A stretch of DNA of 64,000 nucleotides from Abditibacterium sp. (GTDB lineage: Bacteria; Armatimonadota; Abditibacteriia; Abditibacteriales; Abditibacteriaceae). The notes under the pieces are model-generated. The model saw only the letters and a program-made list of their open reading frames with translations. It had not been told where the DNA came from and ran no database searches. Position numbers and translations under genes: made by a program. Where the stretch lies: positions 3,904,001 through 3,968,000 of the forward strand of contig CBDASK010000003.1 of the NCBI GenBank assembly GCA_965199495.1, written 5' to 3'. Shown here piece after piece: positions 50,020 through 60,682 of the stretch. Numbering within the stretch: the first letter of the stretch is position 1; every line of letters starts with the position of its first letter.

Positions 50020-51093
50020 ATGAACAACCCCATATCAAAGCGCCTCGCGCTCACCCTCGCGCTCAGCGGCGCCATTCTTCCCCTAACAATTGTCGGCTGC
50101 GGCGGCGGCAACGGCGGCTTGCTCGGCTCGCAAAAGCCCACAGCGACGCCCGCGCCGATTGACCTCGTGCCCAACAAGTTCACTTTGAGTAACGGCCAGA
50201 TCGTCACGCTCAAACTGACGCAGACGGGGGCGGCGCTCAAGGGCACCGCGCAGATCGCCAATGCGACGGCTCTGCCGAAATTGTCGAGCGGCGCGCAAAA
50301 CCTGTTGTCGGTGCAGATTCCGCCTGGCATTTTTCCCATCGAAGGCACTTTCACCGCGACGCGCGGCTTCGATTTGCGCGCGACCGACGGCAGTTTCAGC
50401 GTCAACGGCAATTTCGCCACGCCGACCTTGCCCGGCACTTACAATTTGACGCTGGCGAGCGGACAAACCGATTCGGGAGTTGTGCCCGCGACTGGCACGA
50501 CCAATCCCACACCCGCGCCGACGACGGTGCCAACGACGACGCCAACGACATCGCCGACCGTTGCGCCCACAGCGCCGCCGACGGGCGGGCCACTCAATGT
50601 GACGGCGGATCCCGCGCTGATTTTTAGCGATTTTTCGGCGAATTCCAACCTGTTGAATCGCTCGTCGCTCGCCAGCTTCGATAAATTCTCGACCGCCGAC
50701 AACGAGATTTTTAATTACACCGGCACCGCGACCTATCAGAGCGCGAAACTTCAAGGCACGCTCCAAGGGAATGGCACGGCAGGGCAGCGCACTATCGCCA
50801 TTGCCTTCAGTGGCGTAGCCAACATCCAGTCGGCAGGGGCTAATTTCAAAGTGGGCGATGTGCGCCAGTTCAACGTTTTTAATCAGATTCTCTATTCTGA
50901 GGGAGTTGACCGCAACAACAACATTTATAAGGCGAGTTCCGGCACGATGACAATCACCAAGTTAGGCGCCGACTCCCTGTCCATTGCCGTTGATGCGTTG
51001 ATGGTTCCCTACCTCGGCGATGGAGTCGGCTCGTTTCGCATCAAGGGCACGGTTAATGGCACCGGTTTGAAAGTCACCAACTTCACCAACTAA
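50020..51093 (+). CDS. Lipoprotein, domain A + Pro/Thr linker + domain B
   Basis: Lipobox IVGC-GGG, FTLSNGQ, PT-rich linker, YKASSGTMTIT...GSFRIKG. Confidence 0.75.
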   Translation: MNNPISKRLALTLALSGAILPLTIVGCGGGNGGLLGSQKPTATPAPIDLVPNKFTLSNGQIVTLKLTQTGAALKGTAQIANATALPKLSSGAQNLLSVQIPPGIFPIEGTFTATRGFDLRATDGSFSVNGNFATPTLPGTYNLTLASGQTDSGVVPATGTTNPTPAPTTVPTTTPTTSPTVAPTAPPTGGPLNVTADPALIFSDFSANSNLLNRSSLASFDKFSTADNEIFNYTGTATYQSAKLQGTLQGNGTAGQRTIAIAFSGVANIQSAGANFKVGDVRQFNVFNQILYSEGVDRNNNIYKASSGTMTITKLGADSLSIAVDALMVPYLGDGVGSFRIKGTVNGTGLKVTNFTN

Positions 51094-51099
51094 CCTCCC

Positions 51100-51720
51100 G
51101 TGAAACACAAACTCCTACTCACCCTCGCGCTTTCTGGCGCCGTCTTTCCCCTTACAATCGTCGGTTGCGGCGGCGGAGTGCTTAATCCACCCACGCCACA
51201 AGCCACCGCCACTCCGACAACAATGCCGACGATGCCGCCAACGATTACGGGCCAGCGATTTGTCGGGCCAATCACATCCGCGTCGGGCTTCAATGGCGAT
51301 GGTTCAGCGTTTGATTTCTCTGAACTGGCGTCGAGCAACTTCGATTTTTCCGGCAACAGTGGCGTCACGCCGACTTTCGATAACAACGCGCCCGCGACGC
51401 CTCGATAGGTGCAGTTCACGCTATTTTCGCCCACTTCGGGCACGGTGAAAATTGGGAGCTACGCTGTCAAAGCGCGACCCATCAACACGGCGCGCGAGGC
51501 TTCGGCGTTTTACAACGAAGGCGCGGCCAAAAGTTGGGAAGCGACTGGCGGCACCATCATCGTGGACAGCGTGAAGGGCGATATTTACAAATTTCGCTGG
51601 GTCGGCGTTACGATGGTCGCGGGGCGTCGCTTCGGCAGTTCGGATTCGCAGGGCACTTTCACCCTGAGCGGAAGCGGGCAGGGGCGCGTGGTGTGCCGCA
51701 CCCGCGCCGAATGTGGTTAA
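51100..51720 (+). pseudogene. Lipoprotein (domain B only) interrupted by an in-frame TAG at 51406-51408
   Basis: ORFs 51100-51408 and 51409-51720 are contiguous and in the same frame. The second half matches domain B of its paralogs. Confidence 0.7.
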
Positions 51721-51737
51721 AAATGGAGATGAAAATT

Positions 51738-52595
51738 ATGAAAATTAAATTCGCGCTCATACTGGCGCTCTCACTTGCCCTCGCGCCATTTGCGCAGGCC
51801 GCGCCCGCCGTCACGCTCGCCGACAAACAGTTGGTGAAAGATTTCCTCAGCGTCATCGCCAAAAGCGACGTTGAGGGCGCCAAAAAGCTGATCGCGCAGC
51901 CCAACTTCTCGCCGCAACTGTTCGAGCAATCCAAAGAACGTCAGGACAATCTGTTCGAGAAGGCGATTAGCCTGAAAGAACCGGCTATCGCGCGCTTGAT
52001 GATCGCCAGTCCGGCTTTCAAAAAAGAGACGTGGAACGCCAAAACCACCGCGCGCCCGCTCATTTACGCGACTTACGCCCCGGCGATGTTGCCGCTTTTG
52101 CAGGAAATGTCGAAGTTGCCGCACTTCGATCTGAATACACCTGGCGCCGATGGTGGCGAGTTTCCACTGCGCTTCGCCGCCGAAAACGATAACATGACCG
52201 CGCTCAAATGGTTGGTCGCGCGACCGAAAGTCAACGTCGCGGCGCGCAACCAGGACGGCGATAACGCCTTGTTTAGCGCGGGCGCCAAAGCGACGGTTTA
52301 TCTGTTGTCGCTCAAGAAGATCGACGTGAACCAGCGTAACAGCGAGAACAGGACGGCCCTTCACATGGCGGTTTGGGAAGGCGATAAAGCCCGCGTGCGC
52401 GCGCTATTGGCTGCGCCGACGATTAATCCGAATATTAAAGCCAAAGACGGCAACACGCCACTCGACATCGCGCTCTCGCAGGATGTCGACATGAGCGCGC
52501 TCTTCATGGCCAGCAAAAAAGTCAAGCCGACAGCGGCGCAACGCAAAACCTATAATCGCATCAAAGCCAACGGCATGGGCGGCGGCGCGGGTTAA
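51738..52595 (+). CDS. Secreted ankyrin-repeat protein 1
   Basis: Signal ends AQA. GDNALF, RTALHMA, GNTPLDIA. GGAG precedes ATG 51738. Confidence 0.8.
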   Translation: MKIKFALILALSLALAPFAQAAPAVTLADKQLVKDFLSVIAKSDVEGAKKLIAQPNFSPQLFEQSKERQDNLFEKAISLKEPAIARLMIASPAFKKETWNAKTTARPLIYATYAPAMLPLLQEMSKLPHFDLNTPGADGGEFPLRFAAENDNMTALKWLVARPKVNVAARNQDGDNALFSAGAKATVYLLSLKKIDVNQRNSENRTALHMAVWEGDKARVRALLAAPTINPNIKAKDGNTPLDIALSQDVDMSALFMASKKVKPTAAQRKTYNRIKANGMGGGAG

Positions 52596-52651
52596 GCGGG
52601 CTGGTATTTTGGAGGTTTGCCCAAACCGGCAACCCACGAGAAGATGAAGCC

Positions 52652-53488
52652 ATGAGACTCATTTTATTTATCGCCTTTCTGCTCGTGACAACCGCAGCCA
52701 CGGCGCCAGTGCGCGCCGATTATGGCGCTGATTACAAACTCATTCTCAAGCTCGAAACGGCGATGCGTAACAGCGATGTGCCCGCCGTCAAGACGCTGGT
52801 CGCCGCGCCTAATTTTCGTCCTCTGCTGGCCATCAACGCCGATTATCCGACGGTCTTCGAGCGCGCCCTAAGCAACGAACAACCCGAAATCGCGCGCGCC
52901 ATGATGAACAGTGCGGGCTGGAAACGCACGCGCTGGAACGCCCGCAATACGGCCATGCCACTGATTCACGCGGCTTCTTGGCCCAGTCTGTTCCCGATTC
53001 TGCGCGATTTATCGCGCCAGAAAGGATTCGATCTCAACACGCCCGGCGCGCCCGACGGCGAGTTCCCGTTGATTTTCGCCGCCCAAAAAGGCAATATGCC
53101 CGCTCTCAAATGGTTGATCAAACAGCCGCAAGTGCAACTCAACCGGCGCAACAACGCGGGCCAAAACGCGCTTTATGAAGCCGACGAAGAAGCGACCGAT
53201 TACTTGCTTTCGCTGCATCGCATGGACATCAACGCGCGCGACAAATTCGGCCAAACCGCCCTTCACAGCGCCGCAGGACTTCGGCAGTGGCGCAAAGTGC
53301 GTTCGCTTCTGGAAGCGCCCGGCATCGATCCCAACATCCGCGACAACAACCGCGTGCCGCGCACCGCGCTCGATTTCGCGCTTTCGCGCAACAGCTTTGA
53401 TGTCGTTGAGGCGCTGATGGAAAGCCCCAAAGTTCGGAGAACGCCCGCGCAAATCGCGCAATTCAAACGCATGGGCGGCGCGCTTTAA
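52652..53488 (+). CDS. Secreted ankyrin-repeat protein 2 (paralog of 1)
   Basis: Signal ends VRA. FDLNTPGA--GEFPL-FAA is shared with the upstream gene. GQTALHSAA. Confidence 0.82.
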   Translation: MRLILFIAFLLVTTAATAPVRADYGADYKLILKLETAMRNSDVPAVKTLVAAPNFRPLLAINADYPTVFERALSNEQPEIARAMMNSAGWKRTRWNARNTAMPLIHAASWPSLFPILRDLSRQKGFDLNTPGAPDGEFPLIFAAQKGNMPALKWLIKQPQVQLNRRNNAGQNALYEADEEATDYLLSLHRMDINARDKFGQTALHSAAGLRQWRKVRSLLEAPGIDPNIRDNNRVPRTALDFALSRNSFDVVEALMESPKVRRTPAQIAQFKRMGGAL

Positions 53489-53514
53489 AACCGCGCTACG
53501 CAAGCAAACCAAAC

Positions 53515-56500
53515 ATGAAAAAACTCATCATTCTCGCGCCCGCCTTGCTGCTCTGCGTCGGCGTGGCTGCTGTGTCGCCGATGCCGCTTGCGCTCGCCAA
53601 AGATGCGCCCGTCAAAAATTTCGACGCGAAATTAGATGCGCCGCTCATGGCGGCCATAGGCGCAGACAACGCGAGCGAAGTGCGTAATTTGTTGGCGCGC
53701 GGCGCCAATCCTAACGCGCACGCCACCGACTCAACCGGCGCGACCGCTCTGGGAAGCGCGGCGGCCAAGAACACTGAAATCGTGAAACTTCTGGTCGCAG
53801 CGGGCGCCGACTTGGAAAAAGGCAACGCTCTGGGGCAAACGGTGCTGCTGTTGATGGCATTGAATGATCGCACTGACAACATTATCTATCTGGTGCAAAG
53901 CGGCGCCAAAATAGAGAACGGCCAATATCAAGGTTTGACGCCATTAATGATCGCCGCCACCGCAGGCAAAACGGATTCAGTGCGCCGTTTGTTGCGTTTG
54001 GGCGCCAACGTCAACGCGCGCGATAACAACAATGCCACCGCGCTTATTTATGGTTCGGCCAAGACCATCGCAGGGCAGGGCAATCTCGAAGTCGTGAAGA
54101 TTTTGGTCGAAGCGGGCGCCGACTTGTTCGTTGTGTCCAAAAACGGCCTCGATGCTTTGGCGATGGCGAAGAAACATAATTTGAACGACATCGCCAGTTA
54201 TCTGGCGACCAAAACGAACCTTGATATCGAGCTTTACAACGCCGGTTTGAACTCTGCCAAAACCAACGGCAAGCCGCAAGATGATTGGCAAATCGCGCGC
54301 GACTTACTCGATAAAGGTGCCAAAGGCTATTTCACCGGTTCAGGTGACAGTGGTTACACCGCGTTAATTTGGTTTTCTTCTGATACCAAAAACTTTGATG
54401 AGACGACAGCCAAACGTTTAATCGCGGTTTCCGACCTTAACGTGCAAAACAAAAACGGCCAAACTGCTCTTCATGTGGCGGCGGCGTTTGGCAACGAAAA
54501 AATGGTGGCGTTGTTAATCGCGGCGGGCGCCAACTTATCAACGGTTGATAAATCTGGCAAAACGCCGCTCGGCGACGCGCAGAAATTCCCCGCCATCGCC
54601 ACGATGCTACGCAACGCGGGCGCGAAGAATGGGACTAACGCCGCGTCGTTGGATGAAGACCTTTATAACGCTCTTGTTGTTGTCTTCCAATCGCTCAATG
54701 CGGATAAAACCATCTCCGAATCGAGTTGGGCACCGGTTGAAAAGTTGTTGAACGCGGGCGCCAGTGGTCGTTTTACCTTTGAAGGCGTGACTGCGTTGAT
54801 TGTGCTCGCACAAATTGATGAAGGCGTCCCGCTCAAAGACGAGATGATCCAGACGCTCATCGCGCGCTCCGACATCAACGCGCAGGATGAGAAAGGCAAT
54901 ACGGCTCTGCTCCTCGCCGCAGATTATGACAATCGCAAGATAGTTGAACTGCTCATCGCGGCGGGCGCCGATTTGAGTCTGCGCAACAAAGATGGGGAAA
55001 CAGCGCGCGAGGTCGCTGAGTTTGCTGGTGACGCCACGCTCGAAACTTTCGACAAAGCCGTCGCCAACCGTCCCGCGACAAATGCGCCCGCCAAACCGAA
55101 CGTTACGGCGCCGGTTGCGCAAGCGGACAAAGACAAGGCGCTGTTTGAGTTGGTCACCAAAATCTTTGTCGCTGATTTTACGGGTGAAACCGTTCCTTCC
55201 GGCGATTGGGCGAACGTCGCAAGTCTGCTGAATGCGGGCGCTACGGGGCATTATGTCAGCGCGGGCAAAACCGCGTTGCTGAGGCTCGCGGGCTTTAAAA
55301 AAGTCCCGCTCCGCGACGAGGTGCTGGCAACGCTCATCGCGCGCTCCGATGTGAACGCGCAGGACGAAGACGGCAATACGGCGTTGATGCAGGCGGTGCT
55401 TTATAACAATCGCCAGATATTCGATCTGTTGATGGCAGCGGGCGCCGATGTCAATCTGCGCGATAGCGGTGGCCTCTCGGCGGGCGACATCGCCGATAAA
55501 ATGAAAAATCCGACTCTAAAAGATATTCTCGACAAAGCCGCTGCCAATCCCGCCAAAACTGTCGCGCCGCCGACAGCAGCCACGCCGCCCGCCGTAGCGA
55601 ATGGCAACGCCAACGCGCCCGCCAAAACGCCGGTTGCGAAAACCCCGGTTGCGGCCACGCGCGCGCGCCGCGCGATGTTCGCGGCCAATCGCGCGTTTGC
55701 GCCCGACGAATCGAGCCGCGCCATTGCCAATCGCGCGTTCAATCCCACTATCGGCGTGGACGAGGTGCGATTGGGCTGGGGCGTTCAAGACGACTGGGAC
55801 TTTAGCAAACCGTTGCCCACAAAAAGCGTGACCAACGTGAGAATGCCCAACGATTGGATGCACGAGCGCGAGCTGACGAACCGCGAAATTCGTCAGAATC
55901 CCGACGACATCGTGGCGCGGCTCAGTCGCGTGAGCACGGAGCCTTTCATCGTTCCGGTGATTATGAGTCCCGAAGACGCCGAGAAATTTGTCTTCGGCAC
56001 GAGCGGAGAACAGGCGAAGTTTCTTTGGTATCAATTCGAGGAACTGCTGAAGAAAGGGCCGGTGCCCGCGCGAACGATAATGCCGGTCGTCAAGGGATTG
56101 GGCGTTGACAAATACGCGCCCAACGCCGACGATTTGCGGCGCGGCGATAGCGCCGAAGCCAAACGCATCAGCGAACGCGTCAGCCATCTGAAGACGGCGC
56201 TCAAGCCGTTCGAGTCGGTCGAGGAGGTCTCGTCGCTCGCCAAAACGGTGGAGCGATTGTTGGACGGCAAAGTCGCGCTTGCCGAGTTTTATGCGGCGCC
56301 AACCGACGGCAAAAAGCGCTTTAACGCGCAGACCTATGCGGCGGGCGCCTCCCGATTCGCCGCGCAGACGCCCAATGCCGAGTTGGTTTCGCTGTTAGCC
56401 GTCGCCGCCAGCGTCGCGCTGGGTGATGTGACGCCCGCGCAATTGCCCGCGCGCGCGGCGGCGTTCAAAACCGCACATTACGCGGACGATTGCGCGAGCG

Positions 56501-57285
56501 TTTCGTTGTTTTTGAACGCAATCGGCGAAAAAGCGGCGGCCAAAACTTGGGCACAACTCGCGGTATCTGCGGGCGGCGACTCTCCAACGGTCTGGCTGGC
56601 GCACGCGAGAACTTTGCCCGCCAATAGTCGCGAACGTTTCGAGGCGCTGCAAAAATCCGCGATGCCGATGAATTGGCTCGACCGCGACAAAGCGGGCGCA
56701 CTAAATGATTGGGTGGCGAGCGCCGATACGTTTGGCACCGTCGAGCAACGGCGTCTGGCGCGCGAAGAGCTGTTGATGAGTCGCGGCACGCCGCGCGACT
56801 GGGCCGATTACGCCGAGTTCGAGCTGCAATCTGGCGAGTGGGCCAACGCCTACAACGCCAATCGCCTGATCGTGTTGTGGCAACCGCTCAAGCCGGTTCC
56901 GATGACGGCGGAGCAGCGAGGCAACGACAAAGTTGATCCGATTAAAAGCGCTGCTGTCGGCCTCAGTCCGCGCATTGACGCGCGCTTGAAGGGCGCGTTT
57001 TTGATGCTCAAGCTGGGCTATATCAAGGCGTCGAACGCCGAATATCGGCAGGCGATTTTCGAGGCGTTTCCCATAGACGGCGACGAGGATGAACGAGATT
57101 TGGGCGCTACGATTGACCGAGATTACGCGGCGACCTTTACGCTGCACCGCCGTTTGCTGCGCGCGCAACTCGCCAAGACTCCGGGCGATGCGAACTTGAA
57201 AGCGGCCTTAGACCGGTTAATCGCCTTAGAAGTTGACGGAGGCGAGCCGGAAGATTTCGTGATCACGCCGGGGCCAGTCGTGTAA
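53515..57285 (+). CDS. Large secreted ankyrin-repeat protein with C-terminal helical (TPR-like) domain
   Basis: Signal peptide, many G-TAL/TPL...GADVN repeats, three copies of an approximately 140-aa module, Pro/Ala linker and a helical C-terminal region. Confidence 0.85.
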   Translation: MKKLIILAPALLLCVGVAAVSPMPLALAKDAPVKNFDAKLDAPLMAAIGADNASEVRNLLARGANPNAHATDSTGATALGSAAAKNTEIVKLLVAAGADLEKGNALGQTVLLLMALNDRTDNIIYLVQSGAKIENGQYQGLTPLMIAATAGKTDSVRRLLRLGANVNARDNNNATALIYGSAKTIAGQGNLEVVKILVEAGADLFVVSKNGLDALAMAKKHNLNDIASYLATKTNLDIELYNAGLNSAKTNGKPQDDWQIARDLLDKGAKGYFTGSGDSGYTALIWFSSDTKNFDETTAKRLIAVSDLNVQNKNGQTALHVAAAFGNEKMVALLIAAGANLSTVDKSGKTPLGDAQKFPAIATMLRNAGAKNGTNAASLDEDLYNALVVVFQSLNADKTISESSWAPVEKLLNAGASGRFTFEGVTALIVLAQIDEGVPLKDEMIQTLIARSDINAQDEKGNTALLLAADYDNRKIVELLIAAGADLSLRNKDGETAREVAEFAGDATLETFDKAVANRPATNAPAKPNVTAPVAQADKDKALFELVTKIFVADFTGETVPSGDWANVASLLNAGATGHYVSAGKTALLRLAGFKKVPLRDEVLATLIARSDVNAQDEDGNTALMQAVLYNNRQIFDLLMAAGADVNLRDSGGLSAGDIADKMKNPTLKDILDKAAANPAKTVAPPTAATPPAVANGNANAPAKTPVAKTPVAATRARRAMFAANRAFAPDESSRAIANRAFNPTIGVDEVRLGWGVQDDWDFSKPLPTKSVTNVRMPNDWMHERELTNREIRQNPDDIVARLSRVSTEPFIVPVIMSPEDAEKFVFGTSGEQAKFLWYQFEELLKKGPVPARTIMPVVKGLGVDKYAPNADDLRRGDSAEAKRISERVSHLKTALKPFESVEEVSSLAKTVERLLDGKVALAEFYAAPTDGKKRFNAQTYAAGASRFAAQTPNAELVSLLAVAASVALGDVTPAQLPARAAAFKTAHYADDCASVSLFLNAIGEKAAAKTWAQLAVSAGGDSPTVWLAHARTLPANSRERFEALQKSAMPMNWLDRDKAGALNDWVASADTFGTVEQRRLAREELLMSRGTPRDWADYAEFELQSGEWANAYNANRLIVLWQPLKPVPMTAEQRGNDKVDPIKSAAVGLSPRIDARLKGAFLMLKLGYIKASNAEYRQAIFEAFPIDGDEDERDLGATIDRDYAATFTLHRRLLRAQLAKTPGDANLKAALDRLIALEVDGGEPEDFVITPGPVV

Positions 57286-57307
57286 TTGGGCCGCGCATGG
57301 ATTCGCA

Positions 57308-59605
57308 ATGCCTTTTTCAAACACCATGAACAAAATTATCATGCTCGCGCCCGCACTGTTGCTTGGCGCGACAGTCGCCCGCGCGCAACCCGCGCGCAAT
57401 CCGGCTAAAGCCAATGCTGTGGCGCCGAAGGTTACCGACCAAGACGAAGAACTTTATAGCGAAATTGACGAACTCTCCGCCAGCGATGATCCTCTGAACG
57501 CGGATTGGTCACGGGTGGAAGAGTTGCTGAACGCGGGGGCTAACGGGTATGCCACCTTTCAAGGCGCAACCGCGTTGATGTTAATGGCTTTTGTCGGCGA
57601 AGAAACCCCGCTCAAGGATTCAAGAATTCAGTTGCTTATCGCGCGCTCTGACATCAACGCGCAGAATAAACACGGCAGGACGGCACTGCATCAAGCCGCA
57701 TTTTACGGCGGTCTCAAGCTGATGAAAATGTTGATCGCGGCAGGCGCCGATCTCAATCTGCGCGATGAAGATGGCAAGACGGCGCGCGATCTGGCCAGCA
57801 AATATAAAATCACGCTGGAACAGTTTGATAAAGCCGTCGCCAACCGGCCCACAACCGCACCAGCCACGCCGCCCGCAACCGACAGACCCACGCGTCCCGT
57901 CCGCCCGCCGCGCGTGGCGGATGGCGTGGCTGCATCGCCTGCGCGGCCTCGTCCGCCCAGACGAGGCGACCGAATTGCCGCCGCTGGCGATGTGTTGGCC
58001 AGTCCTCCGTTTTTCACGCGCAACCGCGCGATTGTCAGCGGAATGAACGATCCGTCTTCGATGAAGGCGAACTATCTGCCGCTTTTTACAACTCAAGTGC
58101 AGATGCAGTTGGGCGTCGAGCCGTTTCCACCCAAAGAGGGCGAGCAGCGTTCGCTTTATTCGACGTTGCTCCCCAGTTACCATTCGTTTGCTCTGGCAGC
58201 GGCATCGCGCCAGTTCAAAGACGAACCCGAAAACAAAGTCGCGCTCGCCCAGCGCGCGGCGCAGTGGCCTCATACGTTTCGTATGGCGCTCAATTCCGAT
58301 TCGCTGGGAAAATTAGTGGAATTGGGCGCCATCAATCGCCAATACACCGAGCTGGATATGCGCGGCGTGATGGCAGGGCCGCTCACGCCCGAAATGTTTG
58401 GGCCGGTTTTGAGAGCCTTGCAAGTGGAAGATTACGCGCCTCATCCCGCGCAAATTCGCAGCGGGCGGGCCGCCGAAGTCAACGAGCGCATTAAGGCGCT
58501 CAAAGCGGCGCTCGTGGCGTTTACGCCCATCGTGCCCTCGGCCCAAGAAACAGTGATGGTTCTCGACGCCAAAGCCGCGATTTCGCGGTTGAGCGATGCG
58601 CCAGACGACGCCGACAATCGCGCCAATGCCGAAGCGTTCCTGGTGCGGGCGCGCGAATTTAGCGCGGCCAATTCCAATTCGCCGACCGTCGGTTTGATGG
58701 CGCTGGCGGTCGAGGCGGCGCTGGGGAAAATCCAGCTCACAGAGTTAAGCGCGCGCGCGACGACTTTCAACTCGCCCGGCTTCGCCGAAAATTGTGCGGG
58801 CATTTCGCTGTTTCTAAACGATCTAAACCAGAACGAGAAGGCCAAAATCTGGTGCCGCGCCTGGAATGCCGTGGCTGCTGCGAGCGCGGACGCGGCCAAC
58901 AGTCCGCATCTGATGCTGGCGCAGGCGCAGATGTTGGCGCCGAGCCGCGAACGTTTCGAGTTGCTGAAAAAGTGCGCCATCCCGTTCTCATTTGACGACC
59001 GCTACAAAAACCTGGCGGTCAGCCAGTTGGTCTCCGATGCCAGACAATTCGGCGATCGGGCGTGGCAACGCCGCGCGCTCGAAGAAGCGGTGATGAGCAT
59101 CGCCATGCCTTATACCTGGCAAGATTACGCGCAATTCGCGCTCGAAGATGGGCAGTGGGGCAACGCCTTCAACGCCAACCGTATCATCGTGGGGTGGCAA
59201 GAGCGAACGCCCGATTCACCGATTTCCGATGAGCAACGCGCCGCCGTCAGTCCGCTCGATCCATTGCCTGCCTCGGCGATTCGGCCCGTCATCAGCCGAC
59301 GGATGGACGCGCGGCTTAAAGGCGCGTTTTTGATGTTGAAATTGGGTTACTTCGAAGCCTCGCGCGCCGAATACGCGGGCGCCATCGGCGAATCTTTGCC
59401 CGAAGATGCGGCCCAAGAAAAGAAAGACAAAGCCGACACCATCGGCGCCGATTTCGAGACGACGTTTCTTTTGCACCGCCGCTTCTTGCGCGCCGAACTG
59501 GCCAAAACCCCCGACGACGCCGATTTGAAAGCCGCCCTGGATCGTCTGGTCGCGCTCAAAGTGGACGCCGCCCAACACGAGAAATGGGTGATGCCGATTC
59601 TGTAA
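57308..59605 (+). CDS. Secreted ankyrin protein, shorter paralog of 53515-57285
   Basis: One LIARSDINAQ module and a shared C-terminus (DARLKGAFLMLKLGY, KTP-DA-LKAALDRL). Confidence 0.82.
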   Translation: MPFSNTMNKIIMLAPALLLGATVARAQPARNPAKANAVAPKVTDQDEELYSEIDELSASDDPLNADWSRVEELLNAGANGYATFQGATALMLMAFVGEETPLKDSRIQLLIARSDINAQNKHGRTALHQAAFYGGLKLMKMLIAAGADLNLRDEDGKTARDLASKYKITLEQFDKAVANRPTTAPATPPATDRPTRPVRPPRVADGVAASPARPRPPRRGDRIAAAGDVLASPPFFTRNRAIVSGMNDPSSMKANYLPLFTTQVQMQLGVEPFPPKEGEQRSLYSTLLPSYHSFALAAASRQFKDEPENKVALAQRAAQWPHTFRMALNSDSLGKLVELGAINRQYTELDMRGVMAGPLTPEMFGPVLRALQVEDYAPHPAQIRSGRAAEVNERIKALKAALVAFTPIVPSAQETVMVLDAKAAISRLSDAPDDADNRANAEAFLVRAREFSAANSNSPTVGLMALAVEAALGKIQLTELSARATTFNSPGFAENCAGISLFLNDLNQNEKAKIWCRAWNAVAAASADAANSPHLMLAQAQMLAPSRERFELLKKCAIPFSFDDRYKNLAVSQLVSDARQFGDRAWQRRALEEAVMSIAMPYTWQDYAQFALEDGQWGNAFNANRIIVGWQERTPDSPISDEQRAAVSPLDPLPASAIRPVISRRMDARLKGAFLMLKLGYFEASRAEYAGAIGESLPEDAAQEKKDKADTIGADFETTFLLHRRFLRAELAKTPDDADLKAALDRLVALKVDAAQHEKWVMPIL

Positions 59606-59632
59606 GTTGAATCCCCGAACTCCCCAAATTTC

Positions 59633-60571
59633 ATGAAAAACCTCAAACTCACCGCGCCCATTCTGGCGCTCTCGCTCGCCGTGGCTGCATCAGCCTTCGC
59701 GCCCGTCGCATTCACGCCCGTCGCGTTCGCGCAAGATGACGAAACGCCCGCGCCCGTTCTGACGCCGACGCAAATCGCGTGGCAGAAAATTCTCAAAGAC
59801 AACGACATTGAGGCCGCCCGTCTCAAAGTCAAAGAACCCGGATTCGATCCGCTTTTGCCGTTGCCCTACGAATTCAGCCCGCTTTTGGGCGAAGTTTTGA
59901 GCGCCCACGAAACCGAAATCGCCGCGCTAATCATCGAAGCCGCGCCGACCGAGGCTTATCTTAGCAACGCCAATGCTCTGGGTTATCTGGGCCAAACCGA
60001 AAATTTGCCGGTTTTGAAAGTGTTGCTGGCCAAACCGAAATTTGATCCCAACCAATTACTCAGCGGCGACCCGTTGCTGTTCGCGGTTGTTCAGGCCAAA
60101 AACGTCGAGGGCGTTAAAGTGATGTTGGCCGACGCGCGTGTTGATGCGGGCGCGCGCGGCGAAAGCGACAAAACCGTATTATTCCCGCTCGCGGGCACGC
60201 ATTCGACCGAACTCGCGCAATTATTTTTAGCCGACAAACGCGTCGATCCCGCCGCCAAAACTACCGGCGAAAGCACCGCGCTCCACGAAGCCGCTGGCTC
60301 GAATGACGCCGAAATCGTGACCGCGCTTTTGGCCGACCCGCGCGTGGATGTCAACGCCGCCAACGACCGGGGCATTTCGCCGCTGATGGTCGCGGCGACT
60401 ACCAAACTCGATATGGTGCTTTTGCTGCTGCGCGATCCACGCGTCAAAATCGGCGCCGACGAAGTGCAACGCATCGGCGCGTTGGTGCAGCGCAACGAAG
60501 ACGACGCGGCGAACGCCGATGTTATCGCCGAAATCAAAAAGTTGGTCGCGGTGCGTTTCGCCAACAAATGA
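59633..60571 (+). CDS. Secreted ankyrin-repeat protein 5
   Basis: Signal ends AFA. TALHEAA, GISPLMVAA, LAD-RVD repeats. Confidence 0.8.
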   Translation: MKNLKLTAPILALSLAVAASAFAPVAFTPVAFAQDDETPAPVLTPTQIAWQKILKDNDIEAARLKVKEPGFDPLLPLPYEFSPLLGEVLSAHETEIAALIIEAAPTEAYLSNANALGYLGQTENLPVLKVLLAKPKFDPNQLLSGDPLLFAVVQAKNVEGVKVMLADARVDAGARGESDKTVLFPLAGTHSTELAQLFLADKRVDPAAKTTGESTALHEAAGSNDAEIVTALLADPRVDVNAANDRGISPLMVAATTKLDMVLLLLRDPRVKIGADEVQRIGALVQRNEDDAANADVIAEIKKLVAVRFANK

Positions 60572-60682
60572 AGTCCCGCGCGAAAATCAAATTCGTCACC
60601 GCGAAGTCTGACTTCGGCGAAATGAAGTAAGGTTCTGGCGGCGCGAGCGGGGGCGCGTAAGTCCAGCGAAAAGGAGAAAACT

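Noticed and set aside
51406..51408. Pyrrolysine or alternative genetic code
   Set aside because: TAG is a normal stop for several conserved genes in the window, and no pyl genes are present.
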